In this document: one piece after another, positions 9,748 through 19,647 of the stretch
How the letters are laid out: each line of letters starts with the position of its first letter
Position numbering within the stretch: the stretch's first letter is position 1
Virus record (IMG/VR): IMGVR_UViG_3300002038_000007
Strand: one strand, 5' to 3'
DNA from: an uncultured virus (IMG/VR IMGVR_UViG_3300002038_000007)
Taxonomy: Duplodnaviria; Heunggongvirae; Uroviricota; Caudoviricetes
Length of the DNA stretch: 64,000 bases
Program-made: the position numbers and the translations under genes
The notes under the pieces: model-generated
Told to the model about the DNA's origin: nothing
Seen by the model: only the letters and a program-made list of their open reading frames with translations
Databases searched by the model: none

Positions 9748-12700
9748 TGGGCCTCGCGCGCGCCACATCTAGCGGCCTCGTTGCCGGGCTGTCCGGCGCC
9801 GTAGCCGATGGTGATCCTGATCTGACTGTCGGATTGGTGACGTTCACCAATACCGCGGCTTCGGCTTCGGCTTCGGCTTCGACTGGGTTTGTGCGCTTCG
9901 GGCTCGCGTTCGAAGTCGGCAAGGTGCCAGCCGGCAATGTGCTCAAGGGCTTTGTTGGCAGCACCGAAGTTCGTCTCGCTGTCATGGGCACCAACACCTG
10001 GGCCAATGGCTCGCTGCGCAAGGCGACGGTGGTTGCTGATGTCGGTGCGGTGCCGGCCAACGGTAGTGTGACGCTCGACGTGCAGCGCCGCGGCGCGCCG
10101 GCCCAAGGATCGAGTGGTTTAGACCCGTTCGCCTATCTGACGTCGAACACAGATTTCAGGGTCGAGGTGACCAATCACAGCGGTTCGGCAAGTGGCACGC
10201 TGCCTGATCGCACCTACAGCCTGAATACGGCGCTCGCCACCACCACGCGGCGTGAGATCCTAGATGACACCCCGCTTTGTGTGCGGGCCTTCGCCTGGGG
10301 TCATCCTGCAGGCGAGAAGCACTTGATGTGCCTGCACTATGTCGACCTATGGCTCGATGCCGGAACTGTTGGTGTCGAATGGACGCCGGTTCTTAGCCAG
10401 CACTGGTGGATTGATGATCCGTTCGGTGATGGGGCGCAAACGAAAGAGCGGCGGGAATTCGACGTCGAAGCGCTGGATGCCACAGCCAGCCTATCTGCAC
10501 GAACCGACACCGGACTGACCTACAATACCCGTTTGGCAATGCTGCGTCTTGAGAACGACGCGCAACATGCTAAGCCGCTGTGGATCGATAAGGGCTCGGC
10601 CATGCCAACTCTGGCCCTGTCCTACAGCCTCGATACGCTAAAGCAAATGATGCGTGCCAAGTATCTGCCGCCATCTGCTCAGGGCATCACTTACGACACG
10701 TCGGGTCTGGCCAACACCTATATCCCCGGTGGCGAGCAAACAGGAACAGTCCGGCACAACCATCGCCGCGGGATTAACGGCCAAGGCGGCTATAACGCCC
10801 GTGGTGAAGTCGGATCGATGGACATCATGGCGTTGTCGACGCAGACGCCTGAACTATGGCGCATTGCGCGTGTATCAGCGCAAGCGGGCGGATTGGCTCC
10901 ATTCTTTTTTGCCGATCACCGTAACCTGGCAACGGGCAAGCTTACTGCTATGCCGTTCCCGGTTGAGCAGATCGGCGCGCAATCCTATCCAGGCCTAGGT
11001 GATGAGGTTGTCGCCGCGGTCCTAACCGGCAACTTTGGATATGACGCGCCGAATAACTCTAACAACACCAAGAACCTTGGACTCACCAGTTGGGATAGCG
11101 CGCATCATCACAATTATAGCTTCATGATGGCTTTCATTGAGGGCGACGCGCATCTTCAAGATTATGTTTTTCATGCTTTCGACGCGGGCATTCGTCGGAA
11201 CTCATACAGCACTTTCGGCATTCGTCCTCAATTAGAATTTGCGACGGTGGCGGCTCGTCGAACGGCCCTCGGCATCCCGACTTCTACAACTTATGGCGTG
11301 ACGCCCTATGACATTGCACAAGAGAGATCGTATGGCCTAGGCATGCTGTCGGTTGCCCGTTGGCTTCAGCTGATGCCGGATGATGATCCGCATGCGCCAT
11401 ATGTGCGAAATCTACTGGATCACGGCGACCGTCACATCAAGGACAGTTACGCCTTCTTTCCGAATGATCATCGAAGACAAGGTGGGTGGCGTCCTCGGTT
11501 CTCTAGATTTGGTACTGCGTTCATGAACTGCTTCAACGTTACCGGCGGGTATCTCTTGGACAGCATAGCCGACGATCTGGGTTTCGACGGCTACCGTCTT
11601 TTTGCAGATCAGTGCGCGCGGCTGTTGGCCCAAAGCGCCAGAAATCCTCATAGGCCTTTTGTCACGCGAGATATGAGGTATTCGGACAATGACCGGCTTG
11701 TCCATCTCCCGGTTGATGTTTTCCCTCAGCATCGGAGGTTTGTCTCTTCCGGAAACCAGATCACACGCACGACGTCGACGACGATACCAATCTTGGATGG
11801 TGATATTATTGTTGCTAGCGATGACAACGATCAAGGCGTAGCTATCGCTCTCCCGTCACCCCTTGTGGCTGGCACAGCCTACTACGTCGTGAATTCGGCA
11901 AACACGCCAGGCGGGCCTTTTCAGCTATCGGCCACGCCTGGCGGAACCCCTTTGACGGTGGCCGATCAAGCATCGTGGTTTGCTGGTATTGATCAAGCAG
12001 CGTTTGGCACTGAGCCGATATCGAGCGCCGGCATCATCAACCCGGATAGCACCCAGCAGATCGTCAACGCAACGATTGAGCGCATGTGGGCTTCTGGTTC
12101 GGTTGAACTTTCCGAAGCGCAGTATCAGGCATGGCAATCGTTTTATGCTGCGAGGGCGGCGAATTGGCCTGGGGAAGCGTTCGCCAGCTGGAACCTCGAC
12201 GGCGATTTAGTCAGATCGAATTTTGCAGCATTATCGCATAGCCCTTATGTCCCGGCTGGCCTCCAACTTGCCTTCAACGATGAATTCCAGACTCTTAGTG
12301 TCGAGGATGGTGACATCCCCACATCTGGCGCCAATTGGAATGATAAGTTTCTCCAGTTTGGCACAAGGCACTTGGCTGGCAACAACGATATCGGAATCAA
12401 GGGTTTTCCTGGATATGCTGGTTCTGGCGGACCAACGCTTGCACAGCATGGGCTTCCAACAATGGAGATCAACGCTGACGGCAATCTTCTGATGCAAGGT
12501 TGGGAGATCCCCACCGCGCTCAGGCCTCAGTTCTTCAACTTCCCTTATGTTGCGCCTCACATAGACAGCCGCAGGACCTGCAATTTTGATTACGGATATA
12601 TCGAATATCGGTTTCGGGCAATTGACCTCGGCGGCGGAAGTCATTGGTCGCTGTGGCTTTGGACCAGCGATGATAATGTCAATCATATGGAAATTGATGC

Positions 12701-13109
12701 TGTCGAAATCATTGGTTCCAACTCGTCATCGCCAGACGGCCCTATCCCCATTCTTTTCTTGAATTCTCATGACAATCGGCCGGGAGCTAATCACTCGGCA
12801 ACTTACCCTCAAGATTTCATCAATGTGACCGTGGCTGAGCTTTTTGACTGGCACACTTACGGCGTCGAAATCACACCGTCCGTTATCAATTGGACGATCG
12901 ATGGCGTCCAGCGTCGTACCATCCCCAATATCTACCCTGCCAATCAGCCATGGCATATCTTCGTTACGTTAGAGATGGGCGCTTCCCCGAATGGGGACTT
13001 TCCTGGCCCCGTTCGTCCAGGCACCCCGTTTCCAAACCGTGCTGAGCTTGATTATATTCGGGTTTATACAGCAGATGGCTCGCTGGTTCCGCCGCCACCA
13101 TTTCCATAG
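9747..13109 (+). CDS. Large virion-associated glycanase with C-terminal GH16 domain
   Basis: LAFNDEF...YGYIEYR...WSLWLW...EIDAVE (ExDxxE catalytic motif)...WHTYGVE...LDYIRVY. Confidence 0.8.
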   Translation: MGLARATSSGLVAGLSGAVADGDPDLTVGLVTFTNTAASASASASTGFVRFGLAFEVGKVPAGNVLKGFVGSTEVRLAVMGTNTWANGSLRKATVVADVGAVPANGSVTLDVQRRGAPAQGSSGLDPFAYLTSNTDFRVEVTNHSGSASGTLPDRTYSLNTALATTTRREILDDTPLCVRAFAWGHPAGEKHLMCLHYVDLWLDAGTVGVEWTPVLSQHWWIDDPFGDGAQTKERREFDVEALDATASLSARTDTGLTYNTRLAMLRLENDAQHAKPLWIDKGSAMPTLALSYSLDTLKQMMRAKYLPPSAQGITYDTSGLANTYIPGGEQTGTVRHNHRRGINGQGGYNARGEVGSMDIMALSTQTPELWRIARVSAQAGGLAPFFFADHRNLATGKLTAMPFPVEQIGAQSYPGLGDEVVAAVLTGNFGYDAPNNSNNTKNLGLTSWDSAHHHNYSFMMAFIEGDAHLQDYVFHAFDAGIRRNSYSTFGIRPQLEFATVAARRTALGIPTSTTYGVTPYDIAQERSYGLGMLSVARWLQLMPDDDPHAPYVRNLLDHGDRHIKDSYAFFPNDHRRQGGWRPRFSRFGTAFMNCFNVTGGYLLDSIADDLGFDGYRLFADQCARLLAQSARNPHRPFVTRDMRYSDNDRLVHLPVDVFPQHRRFVSSGNQITRTTSTTIPILDGDIIVASDDNDQGVAIALPSPLVAGTAYYVVNSANTPGGPFQLSATPGGTPLTVADQASWFAGIDQAAFGTEPISSAGIINPDSTQQIVNATIERMWASGSVELSEAQYQAWQSFYAARAANWPGEAFASWNLDGDLVRSNFAALSHSPYVPAGLQLAFNDEFQTLSVEDGDIPTSGANWNDKFLQFGTRHLAGNNDIGIKGFPGYAGSGGPTLAQHGLPTMEINADGNLLMQGWEIPTALRPQFFNFPYVAPHIDSRRTCNFDYGYIEYRFRAIDLGGGSHWSLWLWTSDDNVNHMEIDAVEIIGSNSSSPDGPIPILFLNSHDNRPGANHSATYPQDFINVTVAELFDWHTYGVEITPSVINWTIDGVQRRTIPNIYPANQPWHIFVTLEMGASPNGDFPGPVRPGTPFPNRAELDYIRVYTADGSLVPPPPFP

Positions 13110-13121
13110 GCTTCCTAAGCG

Positions 13122-13322
13122 TCAGCCTCTCTTCCCCCACCCCGCGGGAGGCACAGCTGATATTCGAGGCGGTTGGGGGTAGATCTGATCCCCCTTTCTG
13201 AGAAGGTCACACAAAAAGGCTATATCGGAGCGCATTTCACTGCGCTTTTTCACGTTGAACCAACGCTCTGCGTCGCGACCGTCTAGGCGGACAAAAACGG
13301 TCTTTTTACTTTCTTCCGACAT
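13122..13322 (-). CDS. Small RHH-like DNA-binding protein
   Basis: MSEESKKTVFVRLDGRDAERW...SDIAFLCDLL; divergent from the next fibre gene. Confidence 0.5.
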   Translation of the reverse strand: MSEESKKTVFVRLDGRDAERWFNVKKRSEMRSDIAFLCDLLRKGDQIYPQPPRISAVPPAGWGKRG

Positions 13323-13432
13323 GCTAGCTAAATTATAGCAAAATGCTATTAAGCTCAATATTTTAGGGCTCAATTCACACCCAAAATCGCGGACACTCGG
13401 GCACAAATCCATCACAGTCGCGGAAATGACCC

Positions 13433-16400
13433 ATGCCCGTCTCATTGCCAGCCGCCTTTGTTGCCCAAACAACCACAGCAACTGACTTCGCCGATCCTGT
13501 TTTCCTGACGCCAGGGAAGTATCGGGTCGACGATTTATCGGCGATGGCGAACGGTGTTGAAAATCCGCCGGCTGGTGGCGGTGATTTGCTTGTTACATGG
13601 GAAAAAGTTGACACGCTGAGTTGGACGCTTGAAGCGGAACAGACGGGCCAGGAGTGGAAGCAGGGCGTCCCTACAGCGCCAGTTTCTTATGGCGGATGGA
13701 CCGAGACCGCTGACCGGGGGTTTTCCCGCGCATTCACCGGGACGTCCATCTTAGGGGCAACAGCGGTTGATGTAGCAGCGATCCATGCTCAGCTTTCGAG
13801 TTACGGCGACGAGGTTGCTGATTTTGCCACGATCACCGATGCAGAGCCTGGGGTCGCCGGCCCAGGCTATGTTCGCTCTTATGAAGTGCCCGCCAATTCG
13901 GGGCGTTATTATCGTGAGATTTTTGAAGCTGCGACCGGTGCATTCTTTAGCAACCATTGGGATGGTGCGGCGTGGGGCGGATGGCAGGGCGGCGCGGCAG
14001 TTGCCATCACCAACGAAAACTGGATTCTATCGCTAGGTGAAGCACTCACCGGACAGAACGTGCATGGACAATCAGACGGGCCGGCTGTCGTCAACTTCAG
14101 CCGAACGATCGTCCCTCCCTTAAGCGGAACTGCAGATTTCGAACTTACCTTTGGCGCCAATAGCATCGTGCCAGGCGCTTTAGATGTCGGCACCATCCTC
14201 ATTGGAACAATGCCCGGTGCTTCGGACGTTTTTGATAGCTCGGCTCTTGGGGTCAATCTCAGCTCTGCCCTGCTTGAGCGAACCGAGCCAATTACCCTTA
14301 ACCCTGGCTTCCCGCATTTCGTTACTATGGGGTCAGGCCCGGATGGATCAATCATCGATCCTTACTTTTCAGTTCGAGAGGCAAGCAATCCAGAATGGGC
14401 AGCCAGCGTCATCCCAGAGGTGACCGAAACGGTGGTTGGTTCCGTCGCCGGAAGCGATGGCCCCCAGACCTTCACCGCGACGTTCACGCCTGATGTCGAC
14501 GGGGTCTATCCATTCTCTATCGGCGCGAAACCAGGTTCGCTCACCACAAATCTTGCCATACGACTGGGCACTGCCACGGCGAACGCGAGCATCCTTGACG
14601 GGTTTACTGACCTCTCTCTTCGTCTGACAAATGCGGACCCCGTTCGAACATTCCCGGTCCAGCTCGTCGGTGGCACCGAATATATTGTCGGGTATCAACC
14701 CGGCAACGCTGGGTCGACGGCAGAGGATGTCTTCTTCTCGCTCCGGCCGATCAGTGTGGTGAGCATCAATGCTTCCGGCTTCCCTACTCCTGGTGACGAA
14801 AATAGCCTTGGCATCAACAGCGCTGACAACCTGCAAACTCTGGTCGAAAAGGCCGAAAACTACGTCGATTGGGCACCTAGCGTAGCCCCTGAGGTGACCG
14901 AAACCCTTGTTCCCGATTTCCTAGGCTCAACTGCTGTTCCATTTACGGCCACGTTTACGGCCGACGAAACCGGATACTATATCGCCGAGCATCGCGCACT
15001 CGCTGTTAACCCAAACGCCTACATTCAGATCGGCACGACACTCGGCGGCACGGATCTTCTGGACACCATCCCTTCTACAGCTGATAGGCTATTTCCTACT
15101 GAACTCACGAAATTTTATCGAATCTTTATGAGAAAAGGCCAGACCGCTTTTGCCCAAACGGCTCCAGGAGGCGCTGGAACCGCCCAAGGGATGGGCTTTT
15201 CGATCCGGCCGATTTCCAGAGGAAATGAATACACCCCAACGCATGCTATTCCGCTGCTGGGCAACTACTCGATCGATCTCCGAGTCGGTAATGAGCACAA
15301 TGAAGGATCGATCGATATTGCTGAGCCGGGCGTCACCATTGAAACGGGGCATGATCTTCTCAGCGCTGACACACTCCACATAGTAGTAACGGATATAAAT
15401 CAGCCTGGTAAACCTTGGGATATCATCGAAATTCCAATCCCTGAATTTCTCGCCAAAGGCGAGTCATTTGGGCATGTTTATGGTACCGGATATATCGAAG
15501 TTTTTGTTGGTAACGCTGCTACTGGTCAAATCCTCTTTGAGGACGAGAATCGCAACCTGACCTATGAGCGCTCATGGGTAACCAAGCGAACGTTGGTTGG
15601 CACCAGCGGCATTAGTCCGCGCGTTGGTGAGATAGTTCCCGTAGCCGCAGTCGGGTTCAAAACCCCAGCGCAAGGCTACCTTCCTTGGAAAGATGGCAGA
15701 GTGGTCAATGGCGCGGTTGACTACCCTGTGTTTGCCTCAATGGTGCCGTGGTGGGTGGATGGCGATGACCTCTTATTTGAGGGCACAGTTGATGGTGCGT
15801 ACATCCGGAATCTTGGCGGCAATGCAGGGCCGGAAGGTACATTCCAAGGTCAGGCTACGGCGGTCAATGGGCTGTCTGCAACCTATCGTCGTCCAAACAA
15901 CCCCACACCTTCCCAAGTTAATGGCGGCGGCGGCAATATGGTGCGGGGGAACACCAATCAGCCGGTCCCGATTACAGGCGACACCGAAACGCGGCCTGAC
16001 AGCTACGCCTTTCAACACTATGTGATTGTTGACACATATCGCGAGACTGCCGGCGCCGGGGCGGCATCTATCACCCCAGCTCATGGTCGAATGGAGCTGA
16101 CTAACAACCAAGCCATTGCGGCATCCATCCAAGCCATCACGATGAACACCGGAGGCGGTAGCGATCGGGGCGTCTACCCGTTTGATACGGTCACGGTCGC
16201 CAAAGGCGGCATGGTCGTTACACCTGGCGGATTCGTCGATAATGACGCAACGACGCAGGTCATGGATGGCACGAACACAACAAGCTCTATGGTGGTGCCG
16301 CGCCCTGGTGATTATGAATTCAAAATCGCTGTTCCATCAGCTCTCGATAGCACGATCGAGAGCGACGATCGGCCCCTTGCGGCGATCTCGGTCAACGGGT

Positions 16401-16924
16401 CGATCGTCAAAGTTTATAACATCCACGATCTTGCAAACAGTTCTAGCAGCGCCGATCAAGACAAGGTGATCAGCGACATCATTACCTTGCCGGCAAACGC
16501 GCTTGTTCAGGCTGGCTACTACATCGAAGGCGGCGACGATGAAGCTTGGGGCTACAGGGACCCGCTTGAAACGATACCGCCTGATAGTGCAACGGTAGTC
16601 TATGGATATTTCGAGCTTCGGCAGCTGCCAGAATCCGTGACGCCTTTGACTACATCCACAGGTCATGAACCGCCTCATATTCAATCTTTCGACACCACAA
16701 CGGACTGGGGCACGGCAGCGGGTGGTTTCTACACAATCACCGTCCCAGCCGCCACGCACGGCAAGACCGCGCCCTCGACCATTCAGTTCTGGCAAGACAT
16801 TGCTGGCGTTCTGGGGCTAACTCAGGTCGACACTGTGCGGCGCCAAGCTAATGGCGATGTCGAGTTCTCTGTACCTGATTCGCCCGATGCCCGGTTTGCC
16901 GGTGAAGTGTCGATTGGAGACTGA
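13433..16924 (+). CDS. Long tail fibre protein with collar-like region
   Basis: 1163 aa; VGEIVP...GYLP..DG...YP.F...GAYIRN...GTFQ...ETRP collar signature; internal repeat WAxSVxPEVTET. Confidence 0.75.
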   Translation: MPVSLPAAFVAQTTTATDFADPVFLTPGKYRVDDLSAMANGVENPPAGGGDLLVTWEKVDTLSWTLEAEQTGQEWKQGVPTAPVSYGGWTETADRGFSRAFTGTSILGATAVDVAAIHAQLSSYGDEVADFATITDAEPGVAGPGYVRSYEVPANSGRYYREIFEAATGAFFSNHWDGAAWGGWQGGAAVAITNENWILSLGEALTGQNVHGQSDGPAVVNFSRTIVPPLSGTADFELTFGANSIVPGALDVGTILIGTMPGASDVFDSSALGVNLSSALLERTEPITLNPGFPHFVTMGSGPDGSIIDPYFSVREASNPEWAASVIPEVTETVVGSVAGSDGPQTFTATFTPDVDGVYPFSIGAKPGSLTTNLAIRLGTATANASILDGFTDLSLRLTNADPVRTFPVQLVGGTEYIVGYQPGNAGSTAEDVFFSLRPISVVSINASGFPTPGDENSLGINSADNLQTLVEKAENYVDWAPSVAPEVTETLVPDFLGSTAVPFTATFTADETGYYIAEHRALAVNPNAYIQIGTTLGGTDLLDTIPSTADRLFPTELTKFYRIFMRKGQTAFAQTAPGGAGTAQGMGFSIRPISRGNEYTPTHAIPLLGNYSIDLRVGNEHNEGSIDIAEPGVTIETGHDLLSADTLHIVVTDINQPGKPWDIIEIPIPEFLAKGESFGHVYGTGYIEVFVGNAATGQILFEDENRNLTYERSWVTKRTLVGTSGISPRVGEIVPVAAVGFKTPAQGYLPWKDGRVVNGAVDYPVFASMVPWWVDGDDLLFEGTVDGAYIRNLGGNAGPEGTFQGQATAVNGLSATYRRPNNPTPSQVNGGGGNMVRGNTNQPVPITGDTETRPDSYAFQHYVIVDTYRETAGAGAASITPAHGRMELTNNQAIAASIQAITMNTGGGSDRGVYPFDTVTVAKGGMVVTPGGFVDNDATTQVMDGTNTTSSMVVPRPGDYEFKIAVPSALDSTIESDDRPLAAISVNGSIVKVYNIHDLANSSSSADQDKVISDIITLPANALVQAGYYIEGGDDEAWGYRDPLETIPPDSATVVYGYFELRQLPESVTPLTTSTGHEPPHIQSFDTTTDWGTAAGGFYTITVPAATHGKTAPSTIQFWQDIAGVLGLTQVDTVRRQANGDVEFSVPDSPDARFAGEVSIGD

Positions 16925-16926
16925 CC

Positions 16927-17148
16927 GTGGAAGTTAAGGGAACCGTCGAGACTGATCGGATTCAACTAAAACCAATGACTCAAGCTCAGCGTAATGCTCT
17001 GCCAAATCAGCGGGAAGGCGATGTGGTTTTTGTTGCCGATGGAGCGGGCAGTAAGCTGAGTACGCATGATGGGGCGGGGTTCACTGAGCCCGGGCCTACG
17101 GGGCAAGACTTCCAGCAAAACCAATCCAATGATCACGGCTTTTTTTAG
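16927..17148 (+). CDS. Small fibre-associated protein
   Basis: MTQAQRNAL...EGDVVF motif typical of fibre shoulder domains. Confidence 0.5.
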   Translation: MEVKGTVETDRIQLKPMTQAQRNALPNQREGDVVFVADGAGSKLSTHDGAGFTEPGPTGQDFQQNQSNDHGFF

Positions 17149-17157
17149 GAGTTGACT

Positions 17158-17907
17158 ATGGCTAACGAACTGCAACTGAAGCGCCGTATTTCTGGATCTG
17201 CTGGAGCTCCCCCCGCTCTTAAATCTGGCGAGCCTTCGGTCAATATGGTCGATGAGATCGTTTACATTGGCTTTGGTGATGATGGGGCAGGCGCGGCGAC
17301 ATCGATTGTCGCGATTGCCGGTCCTGGCGCCTATGTGGATAAGGTCAGTGGCCAAACGATCTCAGGCATCAAAGTTTTCTCAGTCCCGCCGACCGTACCA
17401 TCGCCTGTTGGCCCGAATGACGCCGTTAACAAAGCCTACGCAGATTCATTGGCAGGCACCGGGTTTACTGCAGGCAGCGGCATTGATGCAGCCCAGCTAA
17501 CATCTATGGTCATTCAAGCCGATGCCACCATCGCTCGCTTGGCTGACCCAATCTTTTCTGGAACCCCTACAGCACCTACCGCAACTACCGGCACCAACAC
17601 CACTCAGCTAGCAACAACTGCATTCGTTGCCGCGGCTGTAGCAGATTTGATCGGATCGGCCCCAGGGGCACTCGATACACTGGAAGAATTCGCAACTGCC
17701 TTGCAGAACAACCCGGATCAAATCACCGATATTCTGACTGCACAGGCGGGAAAGCTGACAGCATCCAGCAATTTATCCGATGTCGTAGACGCGGTTGTGG
17801 CGCGGGGCAACCTTGGGCTTGGCAGCATGGCCGTTCAGGATGCTGGGGCGGTAGCTATCACTGGCGGCACGATCGATAATGTGGTGATTGATGGAGGAAC
17901 GTTTTGA
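17158..17907 (+). CDS. Tail fibre protein (Mtd/hyaluronidase-type N-terminus)
   Basis: LQLKRR...PPALKSGEP...YIG; PTAPTATTGTNTTQLATTAFV; APGALDTLEE; NLSDV...ARGNLGLG; AGGAG RBS. Confidence 0.8.
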   Translation: MANELQLKRRISGSAGAPPALKSGEPSVNMVDEIVYIGFGDDGAGAATSIVAIAGPGAYVDKVSGQTISGIKVFSVPPTVPSPVGPNDAVNKAYADSLAGTGFTAGSGIDAAQLTSMVIQADATIARLADPIFSGTPTAPTATTGTNTTQLATTAFVAAAVADLIGSAPGALDTLEEFATALQNNPDQITDILTAQAGKLTASSNLSDVVDAVVARGNLGLGSMAVQDAGAVAITGGTIDNVVIDGGTF

Positions 17908-17910
17908 TCG

Positions 17911-18534
17911 ATGGCTGTCTCGCTGCGTATAAAAAAGTCGACAACAGCTGGCAATGTTCCGGCTTCACTTGATATCGGTGAAATCGCCGTTAACGAAGCT
18001 GATGAGCTGTTGTTCTATCGAGACAGTGCGGGTGAGGTTCAAGCGCATGATCTCGCTCCTCGATTTTACATCCCCATTTCCGGTCGAATTTACCTGCAAA
18101 CCAATGAGTATAACGGGTTTTCAGCTCTAGGGCCTTATGTTCAGAATCACAATAATGATCTTGGCAATGCGAATGCTGCATTCAATCCCAATCGCAATGC
18201 AACTGGGTTTTCTTTCCCACACAACATGACGGTGGAGCGTCTTTATGGGGACTTTCGAAACAACAATGTTGGCGCCCCTGCCTGGTCATTTGTCGTTTGG
18301 AAGCAGCTCAAAACCGAAGATAGCACTGTGGTCACAAATACGGTGCTATGGCAAGATTCAGATGACTTTCGAAACTATGCCGACAATTTACCGCACAAGA
18401 TCGATCAGACTATCGACCAACCATTAGCGGCGGGTGAAATGTTATCGCTCGCAGTGAGAGCTGCGATAAACAACAACACTGAATATGTCTACCCTCTTTC
18501 ACTGAGTTTTGTTTTAAAACGGGACTTTAGCTGA
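17911..18534 (+). CDS. Fibre/receptor-binding protein (Mtd-type N-terminus)
   Basis: IKKSTTAGNVPASLDIGEIAVNEADELLFY. Confidence 0.65.
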   Translation: MAVSLRIKKSTTAGNVPASLDIGEIAVNEADELLFYRDSAGEVQAHDLAPRFYIPISGRIYLQTNEYNGFSALGPYVQNHNNDLGNANAAFNPNRNATGFSFPHNMTVERLYGDFRNNNVGAPAWSFVVWKQLKTEDSTVVTNTVLWQDSDDFRNYADNLPHKIDQTIDQPLAAGEMLSLAVRAAINNNTEYVYPLSLSFVLKRDFS

Positions 18535-19022
18535 TGAACGCTCGCCAACTGAAGGACAAGCTTCGCCGTGACATTCGCGACGAGATTCTTGCGATTGATC
18601 CTGACGCTGAGATTACCGATGTTGCCATTGTGTACTGGCAGGATATTGATTGGCGAAGCCATATCAATGGCATTTATTCGGCGATCGATCGGCGCTATGT
18701 AGACACAATGTCAGCTCGCACGATTAAGGCGATGCATCAGCGCATCGATGCTTTGGTAAGCGCCTATAGAGCTGATAAAGAGAACGTACTGGTTGATGAG
18801 ACAGATTACCGTGGTTTAACCATCTACCTCGACCGGGAGGGCGAAGGAGCGGGCGCCATTCAGCCCCAAGGCGGGAGCCCTATTGCTCTCGATGAGGCTT
18901 TTGACGCGGTCTATGAGCTCCTTGATGTGCAGGCGCGAAAGATAGAATCTATGCAACAAGAGCTGAACCGATTCAAGGTGGCTGCTCAGCAGTTAGCGTT
19001 GTCGCTGTCGGAACCGGGTTGA
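18534..19022 (+). CDS. Hypothetical protein with C-terminal coiled coil
   Basis: Coupled 162-aa ORF ending the structural operon. Confidence 0.55.
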   Translation: MNARQLKDKLRRDIRDEILAIDPDAEITDVAIVYWQDIDWRSHINGIYSAIDRRYVDTMSARTIKAMHQRIDALVSAYRADKENVLVDETDYRGLTIYLDREGEGAGAIQPQGGSPIALDEAFDAVYELLDVQARKIESMQQELNRFKVAAQQLALSLSEPG

Positions 19023-19048
19023 CGCATCGTCTCTGGCTCCATTATGGT
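19019..19048 (+). promoter_or_regulatory. Sigma70-type promoter, tRNA module 1
   Basis: TTGACG (19019-24), 18 nt, TATGGT (19043-48); leader ATG 7 nt downstream, so probably a leaderless transcript. Confidence 0.65.
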
Positions 19049-19054
19049 GAGCCA

Positions 19055-19126
19055 ATGATCACTAGCCGCACGTCTTTGTTACGACTCCTGACCGGACCAA
19101 CTTTCGGATCGGAGACTCGCGACTAG
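19055..19126 (+). CDS. Leu-sensing attenuator leader peptide MITSRTSLLRLLTGPTFGSETRD
   Basis: TTG TTA CGA CTC CTG at 19076-90, followed by antiterminator, terminator and three tRNA-Leu genes. Confidence 0.8.
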   Translation: MITSRTSLLRLLTGPTFGSETRD

Positions 19127-19153
19127 TTTTCTAGAACATCGTTGAGCAGGGCA

Positions 19154-19179
19154 GCCTCCGATCTTTCGGGGGCTTTTTT
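19154..19179 (+). terminator. Intrinsic terminator (attenuator 1)
   Basis: GCCTCCGA-TCTT-TCGGGGGC-TTTTTT. Confidence 0.85.
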
Positions 19180-19185
19180 GTGTTG

Positions 19186-19262
19186 GCTGGAGTAGCCCAA
19201 TTGGCAGAGGCACTGGTTTTAGGCACCAGTCAGTGTCGGTTCGAATCCGACCTCCAGTACCA
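19186..19262 (+). tRNA. tRNA-Leu(TAG), short variable loop
   Basis: Cloverleaf; CTGGT-TTTAGGC-ACCAG; encoded CCA. Confidence 0.9.
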
Positions 19263-19339
19263 GCCCAACTGGCGCAATTGGCAGACGCGGCAAGCTTAAA
19301 CCTTGTCTGTTCTCGGTTCGATCCCGAGGTTGGGCACCA
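19263..19339 (+). tRNA. tRNA-Leu(TAA), short variable loop
   Basis: GCAAG-CTTAAAC-CTTGT; CCA. Confidence 0.9.
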
Positions 19340-19340
19340 T

Positions 19341-19417
19341 GCCGAGGTGACGCAATTGGTAGACGTGCTGGCCTCAAAAACCAGATGGTGAGGGTTCGAC
19401 TCCCTCCCTCGGCACCA
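19341..19417 (+). tRNA. tRNA-Leu(CAA), short variable loop
   Basis: CTGGC-CTCAAAA-ACCAG; CCA. Confidence 0.9.
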
Positions 19418-19423
19418 ATCTTC

Positions 19424-19453
19424 TTGACATGATAAATTCCGTCACTCTATATT
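19424..19453 (+). promoter_or_regulatory. Sigma70-type promoter, tRNA module 2
   Basis: TTGACA (19424-29), 18 nt, TATATT (19448-53). Confidence 0.75.
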
Positions 19454-19458
19454 TCCGA

Positions 19459-19534
19459 CGTGCTGTGGAGCAGTGGCTAGCTCGTCAGGCTCATAACCTG
19501 AAGGTCGTCGGTTCGAGTCCGACCAGCGCAACCA
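19459..19534 (+). tRNA. Initiator tRNA-fMet(CAT)
   Basis: C1:A72 mismatch; TCAGG-CTCATAA-CCTGA; CCA. Confidence 0.9.
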
Positions 19535-19551
19535 ACATGAGGTGTATCGAC

Positions 19552-19617
19552 GTGAACGCAATCTACTATTCGTGCTCATGGTTTAGTTCCGAAAAGGGGC
19601 TGCTGACGCACGTGTAA
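19552..19617 (+). CDS. Tyr/Ser/Cys/Trp/Phe-sensing leader peptide MNAIYYSCSWFSSEKGLLTHV
   Basis: GAGGTG RBS then GTG (in-frame ATG also at 19537); nine consecutive control codons TAC TAT TCG TGC TCA TGG TTT AGT TCC. Confidence 0.85.
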   Translation: MNAIYYSCSWFSSEKGLLTHV

Positions 19618-19647
19618 ACGCTTGATCACCATACACCGGCAGTCAGA

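Noticed and set aside
9858..9881. (GCTTCG)4 repeat
   Set aside because: In-frame Ala-Ser linker; a hexamer cannot cause phase variation
17158..18534. Diversity-generating retroelement suggested by Mtd-like N-termini
   Set aside because: No reverse transcriptase or TR/VR repeat pair was seen in the window
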